Program-made: the position numbers and the translations under genes
Notes under the pieces: generated by a model
What the model was told of the DNA's origin: nothing
The model's input: the letters and a program-made list of their open reading frames with translations, nothing else
Database searches by the model: none
Origin: an uncultured delta proteobacterium
GTDB taxonomy: Bacteria; Desulfobacterota; Syntrophia; Syntrophales; UBA2185
NCBI GenBank assembly: GCA_963729715.1
Contig: CAVSPA010000005.1
Coordinates: 687,607-751,606 of the forward strand
Direction: 5' to 3'
DNA length: 64,000 bases
Part shown: positions 29,002 to 39,510 of the stretch, piece by piece
How the letters are laid out: each line of letters begins with the position of its first letter
Position numbering within the stretch: position 1 is the stretch's first letter

Positions 29002-30525
29002 ATGGAAACCTTTACATTAGCAACGGTCAGCCTGATAATTTCTCTTACCCTGATTATAAATAAAAAAAAAGTTCCTGCCCATCTGTCTTTTGCTTCCCTC
29101 TGTCTCGCGATCTTTTTCTATAAAAGCGGCGCCTTTTTCGATGAGATTTTTACGGGGCATAACTGGAGAATTATAGAATACGCCGGATTGATAGCCATCC
29201 CTCCCTGCTCGGTGAAATTCGCCCGCTCTCTCCTGCGTGAACAGACCTTCTTGAGAAAAAGAGATGTCATATCCTTCACAATTTTCAGTTTTCTCCTTGC
29301 CATTACTGTTTTCTCCCCCCTTTACAACTGGCCCTACCTGAAGACTGCTTTCTTAATATATGCCGGCGCTGCACTTTCTGTCTGTTATATCGCCCTTATC
29401 CTTTATATTAGAAATAGGCCCGTAGGTGTGGAAAGAACCCGGATGGTGTATCTGGCTTGCGCCAGTGGGGCAACCGCCATCCTCAGTGTGTTTGATATAT
29501 TCTATTATTATGGATATTCTTTTCCTCCCATATCCAACCTCTTTATTGCAATCCTGCTTTATTTTGTCCTGATTCTTATTACACATCCCCGTCTGCCGGA
29601 GTTGCATGAACTCATGGGAAGGGCCCTTGTACTCTCGATCATCACTCTTTTTGCGGCTATTGCATTTACCCTAATCGTGAGATTGTTCGGAAAGGGGGAA
29701 ACGCCTCCCTTCACCCATATTTTGCTGGCGTCACTAATAATTGTGATCGCCATCGAACCTTTCAAACTTGTCCTAAAGATGATGTTCAGTTATTTTTACC
29801 CGGAAGGTAAGGATGTATTCACATCCCTTTATGCCTTCGATGAAATGCTCGAGAAAGAGAAGTCCCTTCTCCTCGAGGAAATGGCGCCCGTTTTGGCTCA
29901 TGAAATAAGAAACCCTCTCGGTTCCATCAAAGGCGCCGCCCAGTACCTCAGATCGGAATCGAGCGCCGGCGACCACCAGAGGCTTCTCGACGTTATAATA
30001 GAAGAAGTAGACCGGTTGAATAGCGTCGTATCTCAGTTTCTCAATTATGCCAAACCCTATACCCTTAAGGTTAAGATGCAGGACGTAAATCAGATTATTG
30101 AGAAGGCCATATCTGTCATCAAAGCAAGCCCGCGTTCAGATAATATCGTCATTGAAAAAGAGCTTCGTCCTGATTTGCCCCTCATCGAGGTCGATGCGGA
30201 ACAGCTGGTTCAGGTAATTCTGAATATAGCATTCAACGCCATAGAGGCAATGCAGGAGGGCGGGACCATCATTTTCCGGACGTCCAAGATCAGCAGCGGC
30301 GATGGCGAGGCGATAGGCATTTCCATCAGGGATACGGGAAAAGGAATCAAAAAAGAGGAAATGAAAAATATTTTCAAACCATTTTTCACAACCAAGGAAC
30401 GGGGAGTCGGTCTTGGCCTTGCCATCAGCCAGAAGATCATCAAGAATCATGGCGGTCATATCAAGGTTAAATCCATTCCTCTTCAGGGGAGCATATTTTA
30501 TATCAGGCTGGGTGTCACGCCTTGA
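29002..30525 (+). CDS. Multi-TM sensor histidine kinase
   Basis: Polytopic hydrophobic N-terminus; LAHEIRNPL H-box, N/G1/F/G2 boxes. Confidence 0.93.
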   Translation: METFTLATVSLIISLTLIINKKKVPAHLSFASLCLAIFFYKSGAFFDEIFTGHNWRIIEYAGLIAIPPCSVKFARSLLREQTFLRKRDVISFTIFSFLLAITVFSPLYNWPYLKTAFLIYAGAALSVCYIALILYIRNRPVGVERTRMVYLACASGATAILSVFDIFYYYGYSFPPISNLFIAILLYFVLILITHPRLPELHELMGRALVLSIITLFAAIAFTLIVRLFGKGETPPFTHILLASLIIVIAIEPFKLVLKMMFSYFYPEGKDVFTSLYAFDEMLEKEKSLLLEEMAPVLAHEIRNPLGSIKGAAQYLRSESSAGDHQRLLDVIIEEVDRLNSVVSQFLNYAKPYTLKVKMQDVNQIIEKAISVIKASPRSDNIVIEKELRPDLPLIEVDAEQLVQVILNIAFNAIEAMQEGGTIIFRTSKISSGDGEAIGISIRDTGKGIKKEEMKNIFKPFFTTKERGVGLGLAISQKIIKNHGGHIKVKSIPLQGSIFYIRLGVTP

Positions 30526-30564
30526 GAATATAGATAAAGACGGTAAGGAATTATAAGGCATACT

Positions 30565-31935
30565 ATGGCAGAGAAAATATTGGTCGTTGATGATGAGCTC
30601 AATATGCGGCTGGTCTTGAAGGCCCTGCTGAATAAGGAAGGCTATGACGTGGCCACGGCATCGGATGGCAACGAGGCCTTGAAAATCCTCAAGGGCGGCG
30701 GCGTGCAAGTCGTCGTGACTGATCTGAAGATGCCGAAGCTCGACGGCGTGGGTCTCTTGGAGCGGGTGATTCGCGACTATCCGTCCACGCCGGTTATTAT
30801 TGTCACCGCTCACGGGACTATTGCCACGGCAGTGGACGCTTTGAAGAAGGGCGCCTTCGATTATATCACCAAACCTTTTGAACGTGATGAATTGAAAAAT
30901 ATAATCCATAAGGCCATCAGGACCCGAAGGCTCAACGAGGAAGAACTGCTCGTCAGCCCCGATGATATTGACAGGCAGGGGATAGTCGGTTCCAGTGAGC
31001 CGATGCTGAAAATATATGATACGATCAAAAGAGTGGCGCCGACGCCGACAACTGTGCTTATATCGGGGGAAACGGGCACAGGCAAGGATCTCATAGCATA
31101 TGCAATTCACAGAAGCAGCCCGCGCCGGGATAATCCGTTCGTCAAGATTAACTGTGCCGCCATTGCGGAAAATCTCATAGAGAGTGAACTGTTCGGATAC
31201 GAAAAAGGGGCTTTCACGGGAGCAGTGTCCACGAAGCCCGGGAGGTTTGAGCTGGCGGATAAGGGGACTCTGTTTCTCGACGAAGTAGGAGAAATTCCCC
31301 GGGACATGCAGGTGAAGCTCCTTCGGGTAATCCAGGATTATGAATTCGAGCGTGTCGGCGGGCTGCGTACGATTAAGGTGGATGTGAGATTAATTGCGGC
31401 GACGAACAGGAATCTCCTCCAGGACGTGAAAGACGGCAGGTTCAGGGAAGATCTTTACTACAGGCTCAATGTCTTTCCCACGCACCTGCCTCCCTTGCGG
31501 GAAAGAAGAGAGGACATCCTTCCCCTGACAGATTATTTTATCGAGAAATTCAACGGCAAGTTAAGCCGAGAGGTTAAGCATATCGATGCGCGTGTGCAAG
31601 ATGTGCTTGTCAATTATGACTGGCCCGGCAATATCAGAGAGCTGGAAAATTTCATAGAGCGGATTGTTCTCTTGTCTGGCGGAGACGCGATTACCTTCGA
31701 AGATATTCCTCCCGAATGGAAGTCGGCCGCCGAAGCAATCTCCGTCTCCCAGCGTGGCGGCCAGAAAAAACCCTTCAAAGATTTCGTGAAGGGCCACATG
31801 GAAGAAGTGGAGAAACAGAGCATAATACAGTGCCTCGAGGAGGTGGGCGGCAATGTCACAAAAGCGGCTCAGCGTCTCGGTCTCAGCAGAAAGGGTCTGC
31901 AACTGAAGATGATAAAATATAATCTTCGCAAGTAG
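30565..31935 (+). CDS. Sigma-54-dependent response regulator (NtrC/AtoC family)
   Basis: Receiver (VVDDE, TDLKMP), GETGTGKD, GAFTGA, Fis-type HTH. Confidence 0.95.
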   Translation: MAEKILVVDDELNMRLVLKALLNKEGYDVATASDGNEALKILKGGGVQVVVTDLKMPKLDGVGLLERVIRDYPSTPVIIVTAHGTIATAVDALKKGAFDYITKPFERDELKNIIHKAIRTRRLNEEELLVSPDDIDRQGIVGSSEPMLKIYDTIKRVAPTPTTVLISGETGTGKDLIAYAIHRSSPRRDNPFVKINCAAIAENLIESELFGYEKGAFTGAVSTKPGRFELADKGTLFLDEVGEIPRDMQVKLLRVIQDYEFERVGGLRTIKVDVRLIAATNRNLLQDVKDGRFREDLYYRLNVFPTHLPPLRERREDILPLTDYFIEKFNGKLSREVKHIDARVQDVLVNYDWPGNIRELENFIERIVLLSGGDAITFEDIPPEWKSAAEAISVSQRGGQKKPFKDFVKGHMEEVEKQSIIQCLEEVGGNVTKAAQRLGLSRKGLQLKMIKYNLRK

Positions 31936-31991
31936 AGAGGCATGAACACCAAGCGAGGATGCCTATCACCCGAAAATTTTCAGAGGGAGAT

Positions 31992-32975
31992 ATGAAAACA
32001 CTGATCTTTACAAAGAAGGATATCGAAAAGGTGTTAACGCCTTCTCTGGCCAACAAGACTGTGGAACAGGCATTCAAGGCATACGGACTGGGAGAGGCCG
32101 ATATGCCTGCAAAGAGTTATCTCTACTTTAAAAAAGGGGATCTCAGATCGATGCCTGCTTATATTCACGGTCAGGGCCTGAACATTGCCGGTATCAAGAG
32201 CGTGACCGTGCACCCCGGAAATGCAATCTACGGCCTTCCCACGGTTATAGCTGTTATCATCCTTGCGGATCCCACGAACGGATTTCCGCTGGCCATAATG
32301 GACGGTACTTACCTTACCAGCATCCGTACAGGCGCTGCGGGAGCGTTAGCGGTAAAACTCCTGAGCAGGAAGAACGCGCGGATTGCCGGATTTATCGGTT
32401 GCGGTACGCAGGCGCGCTCACAGCTCACATGTATCCTGGAAGTGCGCAAATTAAAAACCGTAAAAATTTGGCAATCCGGCCCAAAAGATGAATCCGCGCC
32501 GAGATTCAGAGATTGGGCGGAGAAGAAACACAAGCTCGAAGCGGTAATCTCCCCGGAGATTGATGAAGTGACGACAGGCGTCGATATTCTCGTAACAACG
32601 ACGCCTTCCCGCAGACCGCTGGTGAATAAGGTCTCCCCTGGGACCCATATCAATGCCATCGGCGCCGATGCCGCCGGGAAAGAGGAGATAAATCCGAAAA
32701 TATTGAAGCAGGCAAAAGTGGTCATCGACGCCTGGGCCCAGGCGTCGCACAGCGGCGAGATCAATGTTCCCGTCCGCAAGAAACTGCTGACAAAGAAAGA
32801 CATCTATGCGGGACTCGGAGATATTGTTGCAGGGAAAGTTAAGGGAAGGACGAAAGCCCAGGAAATTACGCTCTTCGACTCGACCGGTCTCGCGATCCAA
32901 GATGTATCCTGCGCCTACACCGTTTATCAGGCGCTCAAAGGCAAGCCGGGCATTAAACGGATAGAATTGTTTTAG
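31992..32975 (+). CDS. Ornithine cyclodeaminase/mu-crystallin family; probable alanine dehydrogenase
   Basis: GDLRSMPAY, RTGAAG, GCGTQA, FDSTGLAIQD. Confidence 0.88.
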   Translation: MKTLIFTKKDIEKVLTPSLANKTVEQAFKAYGLGEADMPAKSYLYFKKGDLRSMPAYIHGQGLNIAGIKSVTVHPGNAIYGLPTVIAVIILADPTNGFPLAIMDGTYLTSIRTGAAGALAVKLLSRKNARIAGFIGCGTQARSQLTCILEVRKLKTVKIWQSGPKDESAPRFRDWAEKKHKLEAVISPEIDEVTTGVDILVTTTPSRRPLVNKVSPGTHINAIGADAAGKEEINPKILKQAKVVIDAWAQASHSGEINVPVRKKLLTKKDIYAGLGDIVAGKVKGRTKAQEITLFDSTGLAIQDVSCAYTVYQALKGKPGIKRIELF

Positions 32976-33011
32976 TCAATGAAACTGCCAAGGGAAGCGG
33001 AAGCCCCTATT

Positions 33012-34046
33012 CTACGCTTCCGCCCTTTCCAGGTGACTGGCCCTCATGCCGATGAGTCGGACCCTCTTCTTGAGTTCGACCCTCTTGAGGGAGGCGAACG
33101 CCGCTCTCCTTATCTCCTCTTCTCTATCCGTCGCATTGGGGATGGTTGTGGCCCTTGTGACTGTCTCGAAATCGCTGAACCGTACCTTTACCGTAACCGT
33201 CCTCGCCTTGAAGCTGCTGTCTCTCATGTCTGTGACAACTTCCCTCGTCAGGTCTGCGAGCGTCTTGGCTATGAACTGCCAGTTTGCTATGTCCTTCTGG
33301 AATGTCGTTTCCCTGCTTATGGATTTGGGTTCCCAGTCGGTGATAAGGGGACTGTCGTCGATGCCTCGGGAGGCATGATAGAGATAATTCCCATAAGATG
33401 AACCGAAGCTGTCGACAAGTGTTTCCATCTGCAGAGAGGCGAGCTCCTCCAGAGTTTCAATGCCCATGTCCTTCAGGTATTTCTCTGTCTTTGGTCCGAT
33501 CCCCCAGAGTTTCCTCACGGGCAGCGGCTTGAGGATGGAGAGAACATCCTCCGCAAGGATCACGATGAGGCCGTCCGGTTTATCCATGTCCGAGGCGATC
33601 TTGGCAAGAAGCTTGTTGGGGGCGATGCCGATGGAGCACGTCAGGCCCGTCTCATCTCTTATCTCTTTTTTGATTAGTTGCGAGATGTCTTCCGAAGTTC
33701 TATCGATCGCCGATATGTCGAGGAACGCCTCATCGATGCCGACATCTTCCATGGCAGGCGTGAGACTCCTGAGGATGCTCTTCACCTTCTGTGATTCCCT
33801 TGCATATGCCTCGTAATCGACAGGAAGAAAGACGGCCTTGGGACAGAGGCCGTAAGCCGTCTTCAAAGGCATGGCAGAGTGTATGCCGAACTTTCTTGCT
33901 TCGTATGAGGCGGTGGCTACGACCCCCCTTTTCGTGGGGTCCCCGCTGCCCCCTATTACTACAGGCTGGCCGATCAATTCGGGGCGTCTCTTCTGCTCCA
34001 CCGCTGCAAAAAAGGCGTCCATGTCGATGTGAAGGATGCGTCTCAA
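33012..34046 (-). CDS. dinB: DNA polymerase IV
   Basis: HIDMDAFFAAVE, SYEARKFG, GIDEAFLD, AKIASDMDKPDG. Confidence 0.95.
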   Translation of the reverse strand: MRRILHIDMDAFFAAVEQKRRPELIGQPVVIGGSGDPTKRGVVATASYEARKFGIHSAMPLKTAYGLCPKAVFLPVDYEAYARESQKVKSILRSLTPAMEDVGIDEAFLDISAIDRTSEDISQLIKKEIRDETGLTCSIGIAPNKLLAKIASDMDKPDGLIVILAEDVLSILKPLPVRKLWGIGPKTEKYLKDMGIETLEELASLQMETLVDSFGSSYGNYLYHASRGIDDSPLITDWEPKSISRETTFQKDIANWQFIAKTLADLTREVVTDMRDSSFKARTVTVKVRFSDFETVTRATTIPNATDREEEIRRAAFASLKRVELKKRVRLIGMRASHLERAEA

Positions 34047-35557
34047 GGCTTATTGCTCGGAGCGTTGCCCGAAGTCGTCTCCGGGGCGAAGATCTGGTTG
34101 TAGAGGGATGCGAAGCGGTCCTTGCCGGTCGCGAGCATCAGTGCAAGCGGCATCGATTCTTTACCCAGCTTCACCATGTCTTCCGCCGTCTTTCTTATAT
34201 CCCATTGGGCGTGCGTATCTGTCCGCAGGCGGGCGATGTGGTAAAGCTCCCTTGCATTAATTTTCATGGAAACGCGCCTGCGATGGGCGTTGGTGAGAAT
34301 ATAGCCGGCAGCGAGCGGGGAGAACACTTTTATCCGGGCATACACGTCTTCGCTTCGTCTTACGATTTCCATGAAGGCGTCATGCATGCCGATTTCCGAT
34401 ACCGCGGGTGGAACCGTTGCGCCGAGGGCGGGATCATAATCTTGACAGGTTATGGTTGCCATGCGGTGGCGCTTCATCTGGGCAAAACAGCTTGCGCTGA
34501 TGAGCAGCTCAAAATGTAGTTCCGCATTTTCGAATTCACGAAGGACCGCGTCGTAGGACTTGATGTGCTTTAAAGCCGTTTTCATGAGGGACTCTTTTTC
34601 GTGCCTATCCATGGAAGAGACCACCCGCAGGCACCGGGTCATCGGCAAGTCCGATGATGAGTGTATCAGCGAGGCCATAATTCTGTCGTCTCCCTCGGGA
34701 GTGGTGTGGATGAGAGAAACGTATTGTCCTTTCCGGTTGGCCGGCGCAGTTGCGGTCCTATGTTTCTTTTGCCGCATCAGTGCTGAGACTTCGTCCGTTA
34801 AATTCTGCCTCGTCAGGCGGTCGTGGTCCGTGGCCTCCGTGTAGCGGATCAGAGAGGGGGCGGTGTCTTTCGTTGCCGCAAAGAGCTTCCGGCTGCACTC
34901 CTTCGCCTCGGCGAGCGGATGTGCGGCAAGTCGGCGGAGCATGAGTTCGAGATTCCTCGCACTGACGGTCATTCCCAGCTGCGTCTCCGTGGCAAGGGAA
35001 ATGCCATAGCGGGCGTCTTCCTTGGCCCAGCCTTCCAGCATCGAGTGATTGGCGGGGTCCGCTGCAAGGCCCTTGTGCTTTTCAAAGATGTGGGGTTTCA
35101 ATTTTTCAAAGAGTTCGTGATACAACCTGTTCTGCTTGGTGATGATGTCCACAAAAGGCCCCTCCACAGGGGTACCGCGGATTTCTTCGGGGATGACGAA
35201 ATCGTCTTTCAGCCTAACGTAGCGCTGCGATTTTTCCGTATAAGAACAAAGGCGAAATTTTTCGATTTCCTCGACGAGCAGCCGGGAAACGCCGAGAACG
35301 TCGATGTTGAAGACGGCATGCTCGGCAACCGAGCTGTGTCCCATCTCAAAGACGATGTTCCGGTTGGACTGGCGAGCCTTCTCCACCTCCTGCCTGGCAG
35401 CGGCGCGCAATTCGTCGACCGGCTTGGGGCTGCGGCTTATCCGTGCGTAGGCGGCGGAGATCGTCTCCGGTGTGAGATCCTGCGCACCCGGCCGCAGTTT
35501 TTGAAAATCCCGGATTGTTTCGAAATCGAGATTGTAGCCGGCGAGGATAATTTTCAT
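34043..35557 (-). CDS. thyX: FAD-dependent thymidylate synthase, tandem two-domain type
   Basis: GHSSVAEH, TEKSQRY in domain 1; QMKRHR, NARELYH…HAQWDIR in domain 2. Confidence 0.85.
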   Translation of the reverse strand: MKIILAGYNLDFETIRDFQKLRPGAQDLTPETISAAYARISRSPKPVDELRAAARQEVEKARQSNRNIVFEMGHSSVAEHAVFNIDVLGVSRLLVEEIEKFRLCSYTEKSQRYVRLKDDFVIPEEIRGTPVEGPFVDIITKQNRLYHELFEKLKPHIFEKHKGLAADPANHSMLEGWAKEDARYGISLATETQLGMTVSARNLELMLRRLAAHPLAEAKECSRKLFAATKDTAPSLIRYTEATDHDRLTRQNLTDEVSALMRQKKHRTATAPANRKGQYVSLIHTTPEGDDRIMASLIHSSSDLPMTRCLRVVSSMDRHEKESLMKTALKHIKSYDAVLREFENAELHFELLISASCFAQMKRHRMATITCQDYDPALGATVPPAVSEIGMHDAFMEIVRRSEDVYARIKVFSPLAAGYILTNAHRRRVSMKINARELYHIARLRTDTHAQWDIRKTAEDMVKLGKESMPLALMLATGKDRFASLYNQIFAPETTSGNAPSNKP

Positions 35558-35570
35558 GAGATTGACATCC

Positions 35571-36377
35571 CTACAATTTAACAAGTTCAACGTGGGATAG
35601 CGTCCGCCCGAGGAACCCTTCGCCGATCGTCTGGAAGTGATAGGGCACGTCGGTGACAAAGAAGCGGTACTTCGGATGTGTGTGCTTATGATTTCCAAGA
35701 TGCTTGTCGGTGAGGAGATGCGCCGTTATATCCGCCATAGCTTCGGCGGAGTCCACGAGGCGAATATCAGGCCCCGCGATGTCCTGCAGAAGAGGCTTGA
35801 TCAATGGATAGTGGGTACACCCCAGGACAAGAGTATCGATATGCTCCGCAAGAACCGGCCGCAAGTACTCCTGGGCGGTAAGCCGGGTGACGGGATGATT
35901 CCACCATCCCTCTTCGACCAGCGGTACAAACAGGGGGCAGGCTTGGGAGAAGACCCGGATGCTAGGGTCATGCTGGTGAATGGCACGGGCATAAGCGTTG
36001 CTGTTTATGGTTGCCGGCGTGCCGATGACGCCGATATACTTGCTGTGGGTTTCGGCTGCTGCTCTGCGGGCTCCTGCATCTATGACGTCGAGGACGGAAA
36101 CAGGAGAAATGTCTTTGACTGCCTGATAGGCGACCGCGGCCATGGTGTTACATGCGACAATGAGCAGTTTCACATCTTTTTGCAGCAGGAAATTTGTGAT
36201 CTCCATTGCGTATTGCGTGATCGTTTCCGGTGATTTCACGCCGTATGGCACCCGCGCGGTGTCACCGAAGTAGACGATGTTCTCGAAGGGCAGGCGTTCC
36301 ATGAGGGCGCGAACGACCGTCAATCCTCCGATACCGGAATCAAACACTCCGATGGGATGGTTGGCAATTGACTGCAT
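35571..36377 (-). CDS. murI: Glutamate racemase
   Basis: FDSGIGGLTV, ACNT, LGCTHYP. Confidence 0.96.
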   Translation of the reverse strand: MQSIANHPIGVFDSGIGGLTVVRALMERLPFENIVYFGDTARVPYGVKSPETITQYAMEITNFLLQKDVKLLIVACNTMAAVAYQAVKDISPVSVLDVIDAGARRAAAETHSKYIGVIGTPATINSNAYARAIHQHDPSIRVFSQACPLFVPLVEEGWWNHPVTRLTAQEYLRPVLAEHIDTLVLGCTHYPLIKPLLQDIAGPDIRLVDSAEAMADITAHLLTDKHLGNHKHTHPKYRFFVTDVPYHFQTIGEGFLGRTLSHVELVKL

Positions 36378-36551
36378 GAGAAATCCTTTTTTCGTTGAGA
36401 CGGTTTCCTATTTAACACAGCCTCCGGGAAAATCAAAGTCAAGAATTGTGCGCTCTGAAGAAGCTTTCTGTTGAAATTATCGAATAAATAAGATACTTTT
36501 TTAGACAGCATTTCGCTTGGAAAATAAATTTCTTCTTATATCAGGATTGTC

Positions 36552-37604
36552 ATGCGCGCTTCGAAAGTACAGAACATACTTTTTTTCACGATTATGATCT
36601 TTGTCTTCCTTCTGTTTCTCTATCTGCTTGCGCCTTTCTTTTTTCCTATTTTCTGGGCGGCTGTTATTTCCAGTATCTTCAGTCCGCTTTACAAATATTT
36701 GAACAGGAAATTGCATAATCCCAGCGCTGCAGCTACCATTATTTTTCTGGTGGTCGCTGTAATCATCATACTGCCGGGGGGTATCATCGGTAGTGTCTTG
36801 TTCGGAGAGTCCATGCGCATGTATGAATCTCTTGATGCGGATGGCGGCAATATAGAAAATGTTGTCAAGGGTCTTACGGGTTTAATAAAAGACAGCCCGT
36901 ATGTGGCACAATTTCATATCAATGAACAATTCTGGACCGAAAAGTTTGCTGAAGTCGCAAGAACCATTTCCAACTACATCTTCATCAATCTGAAGGATCT
37001 CACGCAGAACACTTTTGTTTTTATCGTTCAATTCTCTGTCATGCTCTATACACTGTTTTACTTTATTCGCGACGGCAATAAGCTTCTGGGAAAAGTTGTT
37101 CGTGTATTTTCTCTCGGGCAGGAGAGAGAAAAAGTTCTCTACGAACGCTTTGTGAAGACCGCACGAGCCACGTTGAAGGTGACCCTTATCATTGGGGGCA
37201 TTCAGGGAATGCTGGGAGGGTTGCTTTTCTGGTTCACCGGCATTCAAGGACCACTGATGTGGGGGGCCATTATGATATTTACGGCCATCGTACCGGTTGT
37301 CGGCTGTTCCATCATCTGGGTACCCGCCGGTGTGATAATGATGATAATGGGACATTTTTTGAAAGGCGTCATCATTCTCGCTTTCGGCGTTCTTGTGATC
37401 AGCATGGTGGACCATTTTCTTCGTCCCATCCTCATCGGGAGAGACGTGCAGATGCATCCACTGATGGTTTTCTTATCTACCCTGGGTGGGTTATCATTGT
37501 TCGGATTTTCCGGCTTCATAATCGGCCCTATCATCGCTTCCCTGCTCCTCGCCATTTGGGCGATGTACGAAGAATTCTACCGGGGTACATTGTCAAGCGA
37601 ATAG
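36552..37604 (+). CDS. AI-2E (PerM) family transporter
   Basis: Multi-TM; LFYFIRDG, DHFLRPILIG, HPLMVFLSTLGG…GPII. Confidence 0.9.
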   Translation: MRASKVQNILFFTIMIFVFLLFLYLLAPFFFPIFWAAVISSIFSPLYKYLNRKLHNPSAAATIIFLVVAVIIILPGGIIGSVLFGESMRMYESLDADGGNIENVVKGLTGLIKDSPYVAQFHINEQFWTEKFAEVARTISNYIFINLKDLTQNTFVFIVQFSVMLYTLFYFIRDGNKLLGKVVRVFSLGQEREKVLYERFVKTARATLKVTLIIGGIQGMLGGLLFWFTGIQGPLMWGAIMIFTAIVPVVGCSIIWVPAGVIMMIMGHFLKGVIILAFGVLVISMVDHFLRPILIGRDVQMHPLMVFLSTLGGLSLFGFSGFIIGPIIASLLLAIWAMYEEFYRGTLSSE

Positions 37605-37661
37605 GGCATCAATTTGACTTTTGCCCTACCGACCGAATCTTGAACACCATCCATGCAAAAG

Positions 37662-38660
37662 TTACCGGACGGTGTGCGTCACGACATGGATAGCGGCGGA
37701 TATCAAAGCCGCCGCGGGAATCGTCAATATCCAGGCCCAGAGGATGTTTCCGGCCACCCCCCAACGGACGGCGGTAAGCCTTTTTGTTGAGCCAACCCCC
37801 ACGATGGCGCCTGTGATGGTATGGGTCGTACTCACGGGGATGCCGGCGATGGATGCCCCGATGATGGAGATGGCCGCCGCTGTCTCCGCGCAAAATCCAC
37901 CCATGGGCTGGAGCTTTGTGATCTTGGTTCCCATCGTCTTGACGATACGCCATCCGCCAGACATGATGCCTAGGGAAATGACCGTGTAACATGCGATAAT
38001 AACCCAGAGGGGAATATAAAAGGTTTTCCCGAGTAGGCCGTGGCTGTAAAGAATTATGGCTATAATTCCCATTGTTTTCTGGGCGTCGTTCGTACCATGG
38101 CCCATGCTGTAGATTGCGCACGAGACAAGCTGCAGCTTTCGAAACAACTTATCTGCTTTCGCAACATTGGAATACCGGTTGATGTTCAGCACTAAGATCA
38201 TCATACCCAATCCGAGGATCAGACCAATGGTGGGTGAGAGCACAACAAAAACGGCTGTCTTTATAATGCCGCTCCATACAAGTACGCCTGTGCCGCCGTC
38301 TACGAGGCCTGCACCGATGAGACCGCCTATGAGGGCGTGAGAAGAACTGCTTGGGAGCCCAAAATACCAGGTAATGATGTTCCAGATGATAGCGCCGCCG
38401 AGGGCGGAAAGGATGAGCAGATTGTTTACGATATCCGGATTTATAATGCCGGTGCCGACAGTTTTTGCCACCTGTACACCGACAAAAAAGACAGCGGCAA
38501 ATTCAAAGAAGGCCGCCCACAGGATGGCATATTTGGGTGAAAGAACCCTGGTTGATACAATGGTTGAAATAGCATTAGCAGAGTCATGGAAGCCGTTGAG
38601 AAAATCGAAGACCAGGGCTACGAGGATGAGAAATATAACAAATCCAAAGGAATCAGGCAT
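37662..38660 (-). CDS. PiT family inorganic phosphate transporter
   Basis: NGFHDSAN, PSSSSHA, HGTNDAQK, PVSTTH. Confidence 0.93.
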   Translation of the reverse strand: MPDSFGFVIFLILVALVFDFLNGFHDSANAISTIVSTRVLSPKYAILWAAFFEFAAVFFVGVQVAKTVGTGIINPDIVNNLLILSALGGAIIWNIITWYFGLPSSSSHALIGGLIGAGLVDGGTGVLVWSGIIKTAVFVVLSPTIGLILGLGMMILVLNINRYSNVAKADKLFRKLQLVSCAIYSMGHGTNDAQKTMGIIAIILYSHGLLGKTFYIPLWVIIACYTVISLGIMSGGWRIVKTMGTKITKLQPMGGFCAETAAAISIIGASIAGIPVSTTHTITGAIVGVGSTKRLTAVRWGVAGNILWAWILTIPAAALISAAIHVVTHTVR

Positions 38661-39273
38661 GTTTCAGGACGATACCCTCCACAATGTTTGAAACGTCCTC
38701 ACACACGTCAAGGGCCTCCTCAATACGTTCAAAGATTTCCTTCCATTTGATCAACTCGATGGCATCTTTTTCATGCTCGAAGAGGTCGACCATGGCCGTT
38801 CTCAGAACAATATCGCCTTCGTTTTCGAGAGTGTTTATCTCTACGCACGCATCGATAATCATCTTTGAATTTTTCATGTCTCTCATGGCGTAAACGATGA
38901 GTTTGACTTTGCTGATGGCTTCGTTGAGAATCTTTGCCTGATCGATAATCACCTTCGTCGGCTTCTTTACCTTATAAAGGCTCATCCTGGCCGCTGACGC
39001 CTCGATCATATCCAGGATACTGTCCATCTTATTTACCAGAGCGTAGATGTCCTCCCTGTCCAAGGGGGTCAGGAACGACTTGTGCATCTTTTCATAGGTT
39101 CTGTGGGTGATGATGTCCGCCTCATGTTCCAGCTCTTTGAGTTTGGTTATCTTGGGAAGGGGATATTCGTACTGTTCAACCATACACAGAAAGACCTTCC
39201 CCCCTTCTTCGATTTTATTGATGAGTTCTTCAAATAGATCGTAAAATTTTTCTTGTTTAGGAATAAACCGCAT
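38653..39273 (-). CDS. DUF47 phosphate transport accessory protein
   Basis: LEHEADI…FLTPLDREDI, LENEGD; directly upstream of PiT. Confidence 0.92.
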   Translation of the reverse strand: MRFIPKQEKFYDLFEELINKIEEGGKVFLCMVEQYEYPLPKITKLKELEHEADIITHRTYEKMHKSFLTPLDREDIYALVNKMDSILDMIEASAARMSLYKVKKPTKVIIDQAKILNEAISKVKLIVYAMRDMKNSKMIIDACVEINTLENEGDIVLRTAMVDLFEHEKDAIELIKWKEIFERIEEALDVCEDVSNIVEGIVLKHA

Positions 39274-39510
39274 CTGTCCTCCGCAGCGATTCGAGCGTGC
39301 TTCTGTGTGTTATTGTGTGCCATCCCTTAACAAACATGACCCGAACGTTTTGCCATCTATTAAGGGAAGATTATGAGCGAATGCTATCTACAGGATTAAC
39401 GTTAAAAAAGCAACTGTTTTTGGCTCTTAATATGAGGAGAGGTATCGGGAATAAGTTTTTGGAAGGAGGGCTTTTAATTATAGTATCTTATCGCGTCCCC
39501 GTGAAAAAAA

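Noticed and set aside
30136..31110. Long antisense ORFs (e.g. 324 aa here, also 9908-10660, 21562-22362, 34823-35581)
   Set aside because: Shadows of well-supported genes on the opposite strand, with no motifs of their own.
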